Positions 10,522 to 22,278 of a DNA stretch of 64,000 bases are shown in pieces. Made by a program: the position numbers and the translations under genes. Source of the DNA: Candidatus Krumholzibacteriota bacterium. Its GTDB lineage: Bacteria; Krumholzibacteriota; Krumholzibacteriia; JAJRXK01. The stretch lies in NCBI GenBank assembly GCA_963764625.1, contig CAVXTH010000008.1, positions 128,001 through 192,000 on the forward strand. Reading direction: 5' to 3'. Under the pieces are notes generated by a model. That model had not been told where the DNA came from and did no database searches. It was given only the letters and a program-made list of their open reading frames with translations. The first letter of the stretch is position 1, and every line of letters starts with the position of its first letter.

Positions 10522-10633
10522 GGGTCCCGCCTCTCCGCACGCTTTGCCGCATGCTTGGTGGTCGATTGCCGCTGAGTAGGATACACTCAGCTTTGGATCC
10601 ACGCGAGAAAGATCAGGCGAGGAGAGGGATACA

Positions 10634-11371
10634 GTGAGCGAGAAGGGCTATTGGTACGGGATTCAGGGCGTGCGGCACGGTCCGGTTCCCTTTCAAGAGA
10701 TCCAGCGGCTCGTGCAAATCGGGACAGCTTCATTCCACCGACTACATATGGAATGAAGAGCACCAGATTTGGACGCGCGTCATGGATTTCCCGAAAGCCC
10801 TGGACCCCCCACCCCCACAGGGCAGAGGTCTCACCGCCCGAGGTTATCCGTGCACGATGGGGACGCACACGACTCAACCTGGGAGGGCCAGGAGACCGAG
10901 GAGTTCGAAGCGCCCGTGGAATACGCGGGACTCTGGATTCGCTTCGGCGCCTTCATCATCGATGCCTTCGCGATGGGGTTCTTGGGGATGATCTGGTTCT
11001 TCATCGCGTTGGCGCTCGGCCTGCTCGACAACTACATGGCGCTGGCCGACACGGCCGAGCACCTGAACCTTCACGAAATCTGGTCCTCGCTCCCCTGGAT
11101 CTACTACGCGGTCACCACCTTCATTGCCTGGCTCTACGAGGCCCTGTTTCTCTCTTCGAGCTGGGAGGCGACGCTGGGAAAGCGCGCCATGGGCATCCGC
11201 GTGGTCGATTCAGAGGGCGAGCGCTGCAGTTTTGCCCGCGCCAGCCTTCGCTTTGCCATCAAGGACTTCGTTTCCGGCTGGTTTCTGTTCGGCTATCTGC
11301 TGGTGCTGGTCAACGAGAAAAAGCAAGCCCTGCACGACATGGTGGCCGGCACTTACTGCGAAAAACTCTGA
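10634..11371 (+). pseudogene. GYF_2 (DUF4339) + RDD family membrane protein, frameshifted in this sequence
   Basis: GTG 10634 after GGAGAGGG reads SEKGYWYGIQGVRHGPVPFQEIQRLVQIG; after a shift QLHSTDYIWNEEHQIWTRV; after a second shift the RDD domain (YAGLWIRFGAFIID, TLGKRAMGIRVV, QALHDMVAGT). Confidence 0.7.
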
Positions 11372-11392
11372 GGCGAACCCTGGGGACGCGAA

Positions 11393-11428
11393 GGAGGGCG
11401 GCCCTGAAGCCGCCCTCCCGTCATTTTG
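11393..11428. terminator. Probable intrinsic terminator between convergent RDD and degP genes
   Basis: Stem GGAGGGCGGC / GCCGCCCTCC with a 6-nt loop, followed by CATTTT. Confidence 0.6.
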
Positions 11429-11460
11429 CCAGCAGTGGTGAACCGAACTCCTCCGCTCTT

Positions 11461-12957
11461 TCACTTGTCCTGCGGTTCGAGAGCGACGTAGAGGGTCTGT
11501 TGGCCGCGCTGTACCAGCAGCACCACCGGCCGCTTCGCATCGTCCTTGCGCTGCTTGGCGACGGCTTTCACCAACTGGTCCACATTGCTTACCGGCTGCC
11601 GGTCGACCTGGAGGATCACGTCACCCTGCTGGATCCCCGCGCGCGCGGCCGGACTCCTGCGGCTCCACCCCGACCACGGTCGGGCCGGTGGTGTCCATGG
11701 GAAGTCTCAGTTGCTGCAAAAGCATCGGGGTGGCATCGTGCAGATGCAGTCCGTCGAGGATCGAATTTTGGTTGTCGGGACCGGGAGAGGTCACTCCCTC
11801 GGCTAGCTCCTCGTCGCTGGGCCGGGTTCCCAGAGTCACCGTGATGTCCTTGTTCTTGCCGTCCCGATTGATGGTGAGGGTCACCTTGGTCTTGGGCGGG
11901 GTATGCCCGATCTCGGTACGCAACTTCTCCATGGACTTCACCGGCTTGCCGTCAAGAGCCACGACGACGTCACCGGTCTTGAGCCCCGCGTCCGCGGCCG
12001 CGCTTCCGGCGACAACCGAAGTGACCGCCGCTCCGTGGGTGCCTTCATCGAGCCCGAGTCCGCGGGCCAGATTCTTGTTCACGTCCTGCAGGCTAACTCC
12101 CAGGTATCCGCGCACCACTTTGCCGTGCTCGCGCAGATTGTCCATCACGACCGACGCGAGGTTGACGGGGATTGCGAAGCCGATGCCCTGGCTGCCTCCG
12201 CTGCGGCTGAGGATGGCGGAGTTGATTCCCACCAGTTCTCCGCGCAGGTTCACCAACGCCCCGCCGGAGTTGCCGGGATTGATCGCGGCATCGGTCTGAA
12301 TGAAGTCTTCGTAGTCGGCCATGCCGATGCCGCGGTTCTTGGCGCTCACGATTCCCATCGTCACCGTCTCACCCACGCCAAATGGGTCACCGATCGCCAA
12401 CACGACCTCTCCCACTCTCAATTTCTCGCTGTCGCCCAGAGTAATCGGGGCGAGGCCTTTCTTGTCTACTTTCAACAGGGCCAGATCACTGGCCTTGTCG
12501 GTGCCAATGACTTTCGCTTCGAGATCATCGCCGTCTTGCGTGTGCACGCGAATTTCGTCGGCGCCATCTACCACGTGGTTGTTCGTGAGAATGTAGCCGT
12601 CGGGACTCACGATCACGCCCGAGCCCAAGCTCTTGGATTCCTGCTGCTGTGGTTGGCCGTTACCCGGGACGCCGAAGAAGCGGCGGAAGAACGGATCGTC
12701 TTCGAAGGGGCTCTGTAATTGACGCTGCGGGTGGTGAAGACGTTCACCACGCTCGGGGTTACCAGTGCCGCCACATCCGCGGTGTTGCGCAGCGGACCCA
12801 GCGCTTCTTGCGCGTGAGCATCGGTGGCGACCAGGGGATTGTCCGCGGGGCGCAGATTCCGTCCGATCAAAACTCCCGCGCTGAGAATTGCGACTGCGAA
12901 GAGTAAGAGGCTGAAAAGCCTGAGTTTGTGGGGAGCCGTTTCCCTGAGATTCAACAT
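11461..12957 (-). pseudogene. degP: Do/DegQ (HtrA) periplasmic serine protease with two PDZ domains, two frameshifts (~12700, ~11650)
   Basis: PSVVNVFT in the 12613-12993 frame; GSGVIV, TNNHVV, DLALLK, QTDAAINPGNSGG in the 11621-12628 frame; PDZ2 tail VVLLVQRGQQTLYVAL ends at TGA 11461. Confidence 0.8.
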
Positions 12958-12999
12958 GGGGTTTCCACCTTTCCGTCTCGATTTCAAGCTCACGGATTC

Positions 13000-13025
13000 A
13001 ACGAACTCAACAGGAAATGAGTTCC
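13000..13025 (-). promoter_or_regulatory. ECF (sigmaE-type) promoter candidate for degP
   Basis: Minus strand GGAAC-N17-CGTT about 45 nt upstream of the degP start. Confidence 0.5.
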
Positions 13026-13078
13026 CGTTTTCTCTCGCTTTTTGCCTCGAGTCATCGATCGAAGGTTCGGCAAGAAAC

Positions 13079-13116
13079 GAAAAAACCGGCCCCCATTCGG
13101 CGACCGGTTTCTCTTT
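13079..13116. terminator. Probable terminator downstream of the HAD gene
   Basis: AAACCGG...CCGGTTT inverted repeat flanked by A and T runs. Confidence 0.5.
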
Positions 13117-13150
13117 GAGCTCGAACGCGACTGGGGGATTTACCCCAGGG

Positions 13151-13903
13151 TTAGACCCCGGCGGTCGCGGGAATCCAGCCGAAATGACGCAGACCGTCGA
13201 GAACTCCGGCGGGGCCGTCGGCCTTGGCCACGTAGACGTTGTGAAAGCGCGTCGCCTCTTTGATCATCTCTTCGGGACCGTGCGGGAAGCAGACGCCACG
13301 CCAACCGCGACCGAAAAGAGAAACGTCTCCCAAGCTCTCGCCATAGGCCAGGACGTTCATCGGGTTGTGGTTTTCTTCCACGACCCAACGACCCAGCGAG
13401 GATCCCTTGTCCACGCCGTAGGGCAGGACGTCCACCCGATTGTTCCGCCGCAGCACCAGGTGACAGCCAATCGAATCCGCTCCCTTCACCAGTGCTTCGT
13501 GCGCCTCTTCGTTCTCGTAGTGAACTGCCTGGCGGCAGGGAGAATCGTCGTCCAGAAGGTCGGCGCCTTCGATGGCATCGACGATCCGACTCACTGCCGT
13601 TTTGCCGGGCCACAGCTGAATGATGTTGCGTTGCAGCGTATCGATGGTGCCGCTTCCGTCACCCTTCAGCGCGGTGGTTCCGCTGTCGGAGAAGAAGACG
13701 TCGGGAACCGGTAGCTCGGCCTTGGCGGCCAGACCGATCAGTCCTTCTGCCGTGTCATGGCTCGTGTACACGAGGTGAAGTTGCTCGCGCGAGCCATCGA
13801 GGAGGTCGAGGAGTTCTTGTTTGGATGCGGCATCGGCTTGAAGGAAGGTCTCGTCGAGATCGATCGCCAAGACGAGGGGACGAGTCAGTTCGAGTGTAGC
13901 CAT
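13151..13903 (-). CDS. HAD-IIB (sucrose-phosphatase-like) family protein with degenerate motifs
   Basis: AIDLDETF motif I; DVLPYGVDKG motif III; AYGESLGD in place of GDSGND. Confidence 0.7.
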   Translation of the reverse strand: MATLELTRPLVLAIDLDETFLQADAASKQELLDLLDGSREQLHLVYTSHDTAEGLIGLAAKAELPVPDVFFSDSGTTALKGDGSGTIDTLQRNIIQLWPGKTAVSRIVDAIEGADLLDDDSPCRQAVHYENEEAHEALVKGADSIGCHLVLRRNNRVDVLPYGVDKGSSLGRWVVEENHNPMNVLAYGESLGDVSLFGRGWRGVCFPHGPEEMIKEATRFHNVYVAKADGPAGVLDGLRHFGWIPATAGV

Positions 13904-14083
13904 GGGATTCCTTGGATTCAGATTTTCTCGTTGTGAACCGGGCGAACCGCGAGGGAAAACGGTTGCGCATGAAGGCGGCCTCAAAGGCCACAAACCGGCT
14001 TGGAAGTGTAGGCTGACGGGCGTCCAGATGCAAGTTCGGGCCGCCCCAGCCCCTGCGGGCTGCCCCTGGGGGGCTCGCCTCGC

Positions 14084-15202
14084 TCAGCTCTCGTCGCGCA
14101 TGGCCTTCCAGCGCTGAATCCAGGCATCCCGGTTCTTCACCACGAACGCCCGGTCATAGTGCATGCCCCCGCTGCCGGTCTTCAAATCGGGCAGAGAGTG
14201 GTCCAGATAGCCCGGGAGGTCGATATCGGTGCGCAGGGGCACGCGGTGCCCCACTTCCACCTGGATCTTGGCCGCTTCTCTTCCGGTGAGAAAATCGAGG
14301 AAGCGCTGGCATGCCTCGAGATCGGTCGCGCCGGCCAGAATGCTGGCCGCTCCGACCTCGTATCCGGTTTCCCGGGGAATCGTCAGCTTCACCGGCAGGC
14401 GCTCGCTCTCGATGCGACGCAGCACATCGTGGGCCCAGGCTACGCCGAGGTCCATGGTGCCGGCCGCCACGCGGGAGATGGGCACGCTCGAGCGATCCTC
14501 CCAATGGACTTCGTTCTCGTCGAGCAGCTTCAGATACTCCCAGGATTTTTCGATCTCGTCCTGACGCTGGAGCTGGGTGGCGAGAAACACCAGGCCACCT
14601 CCGGATTTATCCGGCGCGGGAATGGAGACGCGGTTCTTGAAGCGCGGCTGGATCAGGGTGAGCCAATCCGGCGCGTGGGCCTGCAGCTCGGGAAGGGGCC
14701 GGTACACCAGCCCCAAAAGCCCCAGGTACATAGGTGTCCAGCGTCCCTCGGGGTCGTCGTAGAGGGTGGTGCGCCGGGAATCGGGGCGAATCTGGTGCGG
14801 GGCCAGGAGTTGCTTCTGCGCTAACTCTTCGTGGATTTCCACCGTTCCCCCCAACAGAACGTCGGGGTGGAGCCGTCCCTGGAGAATGAGGCCGGCCGTG
14901 GTCTGGGTTCCCCCCGCGAAGGGGTCCACGTCGCAGAGGATGCCGGTGCGCCGGGTGAAGGCTTCGGTCAAGGCCTGGGTGGTGGGTTGGTCGAAAACGC
15001 TCACGATGCGAATTCGGCGCGGGCGCGCCGACATGCGCGGGCCCAGGAGCGCCGGGGGCACCACCGCCAGCGCCAGCGTCACCACGAAGGCGAAGGTCAG
15101 AAGCGGGGGCGAGGACCGCCGCCGCACGAAGACGAGAGTTCCCAGAAGGCCGAGCGCGACTCCGAGCAGCAGCTCCAGAGCGAGCAGAGCGGAAGGTCCC
15201 AC
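14084..15202 (-). CDS. ABC-type extracellular solute-binding protein (Fe3+/AfuA-like) with N-terminal TM helices
   Basis: AAGGAGG RBS before GTG; PDVLLGG, IPAPDKSGGG, VAAGTMDLGVAWAHD, FLDFLTGREA motifs. Confidence 0.7.
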   Translation of the reverse strand: MGPSALLALELLLGVALGLLGTLVFVRRRSSPPLLTFAFVVTLALAVVPPALLGPRMSARPRRIRIVSVFDQPTTQALTEAFTRRTGILCDVDPFAGGTQTTAGLILQGRLHPDVLLGGTVEIHEELAQKQLLAPHQIRPDSRRTTLYDDPEGRWTPMYLGLLGLVYRPLPELQAHAPDWLTLIQPRFKNRVSIPAPDKSGGGLVFLATQLQRQDEIEKSWEYLKLLDENEVHWEDRSSVPISRVAAGTMDLGVAWAHDVLRRIESERLPVKLTIPRETGYEVGAASILAGATDLEACQRFLDFLTGREAAKIQVEVGHRVPLRTDIDLPGYLDHSLPDLKTGSGGMHYDRAFVVKNRDAWIQRWKAMRDES

Positions 15203-15293
15203 CTCGACGGCCTCCTTGGGTGAAAACGGGCAGCCACGAACCGCGCCAGCTTAGGGCCCAGCCGGGCTTCGAGCAAGTGCACGCGCGCGTCCG

Positions 15294-15812
15294 CTACAGA
15301 TAGCGCTCCCGGATGATGCGGCGGTGATGGGACTCGTGCCCGGCGAGGATCCAGGGGATGGCGGCCACCTCGAACTCGCCTCCGCTCGCGACCCCCCGCC
15401 GCTGCCAGGCCGCCTCGGGCAGGCCCCGCCAGAAACGCAGGTGGCCCCCTCGCATCCATTGAAATTCCTCGATGAGTTCGGCGAGAGTGCGCAATTCGGG
15501 TTGGCTATGCGCCGCGTAGGCATCCTGATCGAAGCCGGGCAGAGGGGCGCGCTCGCCGCGGGCAAAGCACAGGGCCCTCGTAACGAAAATTCTCTCGGTG
15601 TCCATGAGGTGCACCAGGATTTCCTTGATGCTCCATTTTCCCGCCTGGTAGCGGTGCCGGGCCTGCTCCTCGTCGAGACCGCGCAAAAGAGCCTTGGTCT
15701 CGGTCCACGCCACCGCCAGGGTCATCACGATATCGCCGTCGGGGACCTCGGCGAGATACCGGAGGTAGGCGTCGGGAAGATCGCCGGCAAGCGGCCGCTT
15801 CGAAGTGCTCAT
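15294..15812 (-). CDS. DinB family protein
   Basis: RYQAGKWSIKEILVHLMDTERIF, LPGFDQD, AGHESHH metal-binding His pattern. Confidence 0.85.
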   Translation of the reverse strand: MSTSKRPLAGDLPDAYLRYLAEVPDGDIVMTLAVAWTETKALLRGLDEEQARHRYQAGKWSIKEILVHLMDTERIFVTRALCFARGERAPLPGFDQDAYAAHSQPELRTLAELIEEFQWMRGGHLRFWRGLPEAAWQRRGVASGGEFEVAAIPWILAGHESHHRRIIRERYL

Positions 15813-17008
15813 GGTTCTGGATCCCAAGCCGGTTGGGGGCCCACCGCGCGCCGCAGACTCCTCCAGAGGGCGAGTGCCTTCGAGCTCACGGTCTGCGCGG
15901 CGCCCTTGCCCGCCTCCGCGGTGAACTTCACCAGGTTGAGGGACTGCACCACCGACTTGTTGAGCTCCTCCATGAAGAGCGCGGCCGAATCGCTGACCAG
16001 ATGAAAGGTCCGGCGGATGATACCCCGCTTGGTTCGTCCATCCCAAGCCCGAAACGAGCGGCACCGTTCCTGGGCCAGATAACCCACCTTCATCGTCATG
16101 AGTCCGTTGATGGTTCCATCCAGAACTGGACCCACCAGCGCGCCCAAGAGAGGAATGGTTCGGCCACCCTCGCCGAGCTTGCGCAGGAGGCTTCCCCCCA
16201 TGTCGCTGATCTGCTCGAGCACACTGGAGAGCAGAATGGCGGAGGAGACATCGCGCAGAATGAGCCAGGTGCCATAGAGTCCGGGTCGCCCGTAGTAGAG
16301 CCGCGCCAGCGAAGCCACCAGGTTGACTTGACGCCAGAGCACGAGAAACGCATCGAGCGTGCCGTTGGGTGAGAGGGCGGTCATCGATCCGATGGCCAAG
16401 GCCTCCCTATGGATGAGGGTTTCGGCGCGGCGGTCGAGCGGCGTGAGCAGGGGCAGCACCTCGTCGCGCTCCAGGCGGGTGATGCGCGCGGAAAGCTGGC
16501 GGACGTCTTGTTGCTGCCGCGCCTCGCGCCGCAAGGCGGCGACCGCGACGAGGGTGGCTTGCAGCTCCGGCTGCTTCGAAGCCAGCACCGGGTTCTGCTC
16601 CTGGGCCTTCAGGTAGCGCTCGAGGTAGAGGAGCTGGCGGCGCGCGTGGTCCGCGGTGCGCTCGGGCGCCGCGGGCATCCGGGGCGGAGCCACCACGCGG
16701 GGGAGACGAAAGACGCCCCACAGGGGACGGACAACCAGCCAACCCAAAAGGCCCGCGAAGACGAGCGCTCCCAAAAGGCCCAACCACGGGTGAATGTCCG
16801 CGAGCATGCGGTAGACCGAGGCGATCTGGGCCAGAACCAGGAGAGCCCCGCCCACGAGCAACAGGCGCAATCCCCATCGAAGACGCCGGAGCGCGGCGCG
16901 AACCACGCCGACAAACTCCCAGCCGGGTTCGCTACGATCCGCCGCGGAATCGGCCGGCAAACCGGGGTGGCGGAGATCTGTTTCTTGGATGCTCTTCTTC
17001 TGAGACAT
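15809..17008 (-). CDS. YcjF/DUF697 family membrane protein
   Basis: Two N-terminal TMs; TALSPNGTLDAFLVLWRQVNLVASLARLYYGRPG; GTINGLMTMKVG...CR. Confidence 0.7.
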   Translation of the reverse strand: MSQKKSIQETDLRHPGLPADSAADRSEPGWEFVGVVRAALRRLRWGLRLLLVGGALLVLAQIASVYRMLADIHPWLGLLGALVFAGLLGWLVVRPLWGVFRLPRVVAPPRMPAAPERTADHARRQLLYLERYLKAQEQNPVLASKQPELQATLVAVAALRREARQQQDVRQLSARITRLERDEVLPLLTPLDRRAETLIHREALAIGSMTALSPNGTLDAFLVLWRQVNLVASLARLYYGRPGLYGTWLILRDVSSAILLSSVLEQISDMGGSLLRKLGEGGRTIPLLGALVGPVLDGTINGLMTMKVGYLAQERCRSFRAWDGRTKRGIIRRTFHLVSDSAALFMEELNKSVVQSLNLVKFTAEAGKGAAQTVSSKALALWRSLRRAVGPQPAWDPEP

Positions 17009-17111
17009 ACTATTCACCTTGGCGGGGTCCTTCGAAACGAGTGTTTGAATTGAAGCCGTCGCGGCGCCATTCTCGAGTCCACCGCCCCACTTCAGAACAG
17101 GGAGCAGTTTC

Positions 17112-18397
<1,286 letters not shown>

Positions 18398-18401
<4 letters not shown>

Positions 18402-19633
18402 AGTCGAGTGTGCGTGGCGGGGTGCTTGACGACAGCGCGGGCGAAACCGCCATACTTCATGAGCTCCTCCAACCGGCAGGACCACACCAACTCGTCGCCG
18501 TACACGGTGAGATCGGGGCACGAATCACACATGTTCATTTCCCCCTGATCCAGCACGTCGATGGGTTGAATGATCATGACCGACTGCAGGCGGACCCGGT
18601 TCTTCCAGCGCCACGGGCGTAGCGCCCACCCCGAGAACGCCTTTCGCATGCCGGCGTCGAAGATGGAGGCAATCGCGCTGATGGAGCGCCCCTTGGCCAG
18701 GCTGGAGGGCGGCTCGTAGGCGAGCCAACGGCCCTTGCGAAAGTGATGCAGATTCTGGGCGAGCTCGGCAAAGCGCGGCCCCGCGTAGCCCAGCACTTCG
18801 CTCCCGTTTACCGCGTAGGTCGTCAGGAGCCACTTGAGCGAATCGAAATCGTGGGTGCCGTTCAGATAGGCGCTGGGCGCAAAGTCCGGCATGCCTTTGC
18901 GGATCTCCGCCACCACGTCGCGCGAAGAAATGTCCAGGCGCTTTCCCCCGGTGGGGCGGCTGTAGATCAACTCGTTCATGTCGATCTTCTCGGCGCCCAC
19001 GTAGTAGTCGAACTCGTCGTGCCGGCCGCACGCGGCCTGGCGGTAGCAGATGAAGACCATGACATGCACCCGGTCCGCGTGCTGCTGCGCCCACCTTACC
19101 ATCTCGGGTGCGTAGTGCAGCGTGTCCTCATACACGGTGGAATTGAACGCCACGGAGATGTCGCCGGCGCGCGCCGTCCTCTCGGCGAGTTCCAACCTCA
19201 GAGCGTTGAGTTCCAGTTCATTCTTGCCCATCCACCCGGGGCGCTTCTGTCCGCTGTCCACGTGGAAAGTGAATCCGGCGACGCCGGCGCGTGCGAGTCC
19301 TTCGAGCATTTCGTCACTGAGCCCCAGGCCGTTGGTGTTGACCACCGGCTTCCAGCCTCGCTCTTTGACCATGGCCACGATGTCCACGATCTGGGGATGG
19401 ACCAGCGGATCACCCCCGGCGATGGAGACTCCGTCGAAGTTCCTCTGCCGCGCGAAGACGTCGAGTTCATGGGAGATCTCGGCGAGGGACTTGTGCGAGT
19501 TCTTCTCGTTTTTTCGATAACAGCCTTCGCAGTAGAGATTGCAGGCGGAAGTGACCTCCAGCCAGGCGATGGAGTTGTCCGCCGTGCTCCAGGGCAGGCG
19601 ATAGAGCGAACGAGCGTTTGGATTCACGGGCAT
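18398..19633 (-). CDS. Radical SAM protein of unknown function
   Basis: CNLYCEGC (CxxxCxxC), GGDP, NTNG; C-terminal CDSC...C cysteine cluster. Confidence 0.85.
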
Positions 19634-19732
19634 GGGACCGTCCTTTTTGAGGGTTATCGGGTAGTGTTACTCTTGTACTTGAGGGTCCGCAACGCGGAAC
19701 GGCCCCGGCGAGCGGATGCGCCCCGAGGGGGG

Positions 19733-21136
19733 CTAGAACTGGAAGTAGATGAAGGGGCTGTTGCCAAAGGGGGCGTAGAGGAGAATGGCGATGAGCATTC
19801 CCACCACCACACCCCACATGAGCGGCTGCTTGAAGTCGATGATGAGTTCGCGGTCGTCCCGCAGAACCACCGCCAAGTGCAGGGCCGCCCCGAGCGCGAT
19901 GACCACCATGGCCTGCACGTAGTACCACTCGATGCCTCGCGAGTTCACGAAAGCGAGTTTTTGCAGGTAGGTCCACGCAGTGGTGAAGTCCTGGGAGCGG
20001 AAGAACACCCAGGTCACCAACACGAAGACGTAGGTCGCGGCCCACGAGAGAATCTTGCGCGGAAGACCGGGCGCGGGCGCGTTCTCCCCGCGCAGCGTCA
20101 GGTACAACTTGTGAACCGCCAGGGCCACCCCGTGCAGGCCGCCCCACACCACGAAATTCCATGAAGCTCCGTGCCACAGACCACCCAAAAGCATGGTGAG
20201 CATGAGGTTCACGTAGGTGCGCGCGCGACCCTTCCGGTTTCCTCCCAGGGAGATGTACAGATAGTCGCGCAACCATCCGCTGAGGGTGATGTGCCAGCGC
20301 CGCCAGAATTCAGTGACGTTCAGGCTGCGATAGGGATGCCGGAAGTTCACCGGCAACTCGAAGCCCATCATCCGGCCCACGCCGATGGCCATGTCACTGT
20401 AGCCCGAGAAGTCGTAGTAGATCTGGAAGGCGTAGGCGATGACGGCCATCCACGCGGTTCCCGACGAATAGGCTGCGGGGTGAGCGAACACCGGATCGAC
20501 GAAGGTGGCGAGGGTGTCGGCAAATAACACCTTCTTGGTGAACCCGCGCAGAAAGATGTCCAGGCCGGCCTGGATGTTCGACTTGCGCAGAGGATGCACA
20601 AACGCGAGCTGCGGCAAGAACTCAGCGCCCCGAACGATGGGCCCCGCCACCAACTGCGGGAAGAACGAGACGAAGAGCGCGAAGTCGCGGAAGTTGTGGG
20701 TGGCCGGAAGCTTCCTGCGATACACGTCGATGGAATAGCTCATCGTCTGGAAGGTGAAGAACGAAACCCCCACCGGCAGGATGATGTTGAGGTGCGGGAG
20801 GGTTACCCCCACCGCGCCGAACAGCGGCCTGAAATTTCCCAGGAAAAAGTTCGCGTACTTGAAAACGCTCAGAATGCCGAGGTTCGCAACCAAGCTCACC
20901 ACGAGCCATCGCTTACGCGCACCCTGGGTCGAGCTGCGCTCCATGAAGCGTCCCGCCGCGTAGTCGATGATGGTCGATACGAGAATGAGGAAGCAGAAGC
21001 GCCAATCCCACCAGCCGTAGAAGACGTAGCTCGCCACCAGGAGAAGGTTGCGGCGACCCTCTTCCCTGCGCAGCAAACCCAGACCCAAGAGGACCAGAGC
21101 CAAAAAGACAAAGAACTCGATCGAGGAAAAGATCAT
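19733..21136 (-). CDS. MBOAT family O-acyltransferase (AlgI/PatA/DltB-like)
   Basis: LPVGVSFFTFQ, FFPQLVAGPIVR, YYDFSGYSDMAIG, FWRRWHITLS, GLWHGA, C-terminal FIYFQF. Confidence 0.95.
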   Translation of the reverse strand: MIFSSIEFFVFLALVLLGLGLLRREEGRRNLLLVASYVFYGWWDWRFCFLILVSTIIDYAAGRFMERSSTQGARKRWLVVSLVANLGILSVFKYANFFLGNFRPLFGAVGVTLPHLNIILPVGVSFFTFQTMSYSIDVYRRKLPATHNFRDFALFVSFFPQLVAGPIVRGAEFLPQLAFVHPLRKSNIQAGLDIFLRGFTKKVLFADTLATFVDPVFAHPAAYSSGTAWMAVIAYAFQIYYDFSGYSDMAIGVGRMMGFELPVNFRHPYRSLNVTEFWRRWHITLSGWLRDYLYISLGGNRKGRARTYVNLMLTMLLGGLWHGASWNFVVWGGLHGVALAVHKLYLTLRGENAPAPGLPRKILSWAATYVFVLVTWVFFRSQDFTTAWTYLQKLAFVNSRGIEWYYVQAMVVIALGAALHLAVVLRDDRELIIDFKQPLMWGVVVGMLIAILLYAPFGNSPFIYFQF

Positions 21137-22190
21137 GGGAGATGTTTCCTCAGCTCGGCCGCCAACAACTCCCCCACCACGCGATGGCCTCGTGCGTTCA
21201 TGTGGCCCTTTCCCATCTCACTGTTCTGGAATCCGTGACACGGTTGCCCGTGCAGGCGGTACTCCTTCAGCAGCGCATCGGTGGGATCGATGAGCGTGGC
21301 CCCGCAGCTTGCGGCGAACTGGCGGTATACCTCGCGGTGCTGTGGGGTGTAGAGCTGACCCCCGTTCTTGGAATAGTCGATCCGCGGGATGTAGAGATAG
21401 ACGATGTCGGGATACAGACGAGACATTCGCTGGTGCAGGTATGTCAGCATGTCCACCGCGTCGGCCGGAAAGCTCGTGTCGAAACTCTCGGCCGCCTGCG
21501 CCGGCGGCGGGGAGAAGTGTTTGGCGAGCCGGTCTCGCTCCAGACGAGTCAATACGTCCGTCCGCCTCTCGACGAGGGTGAAGAGGGCGGAGAGGTGCTT
21601 CGCCTCGGCTCCCCAACGGTAAATCCTGTCGGCGGGTGGCGACTTTCTTGGGGATGACGAGTTGGTATCCGTCGTCCGTCCGGCGGAGATGGATCTCCCA
21701 TTCGCGCGTGAACTCCTGTAGATCGAGGTCGTTGAGCTGGATGATCAGAACATCGGGGTCGAATTCGGGTGCGCGCAGCTTGACGAAGGCGGCGATATCC
21801 GGTGGCCCCCAGCCCGAGCGCCCCGCGTTGCACACTTCCAGCCCGTCGACCTCGGACTCGGCGATGCTGCCAAAGTTCTGGTCCGGATACACTTGCATCG
21901 CCTCGGTGAAGGAGTCTCCCACCATCAGGGCCCGCAGCCGCGGCTTTTGGGGCAAAGGATCCGCGTCGTTGAAGCCGTAGCAGATTCATACGGGCTCTGC
22001 TGTAGCCCTCGGAGCTGAAGACCTGGCGCGAATAGGGGCGTTGAAAGTACTCGAACTGCGGATCGGGCTCGGTGGTCGAAGGGGTGGCAATCCATGAGCG
22101 CAGAACGAACTCCATGGCAAGCAGCACGAAGACGACCGCGCCGAAGCCGGCCAAAACCCGCTTGAAATGGGATAGGGACGGTGTGGTCAT
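21133..22190 (-). pseudogene. SGNH/GDSL hydrolase-fold O-acetyltransferase partner (AlgJ/PatB-like), frameshifted (~21980, ~21620)
   Basis: N-terminal TM; GDSFTE, NAGRSGWG, QLNDLD blocks and GHMNARGH spread over three consecutive frames. Confidence 0.7.
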
Positions 22191-22278
22191 GAGGGGAAAA
22201 AGTATAGCACAGCGCATTCCAGCCACGCGAGAGTGGGAGAGGCGCGCGGCGACTTTACTTTCTTGAGCGCCGGCGGAC

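Noticed and set aside
11640-12720. Programmed frameshifting as the explanation for split degP and other genes
   Set aside because: There are multiple shifts per gene, no evident slippery heptamer with downstream structure, and these families are not known to be recoded.
13930-14000. GGCGAACC...GAAAA...GGCCTCAAAGGCC stretch resembling a c-di-GMP-I riboswitch
   Set aside because: It lacks the GGxxCGCAAAG core and lies on the strand opposite the neighbouring genes.
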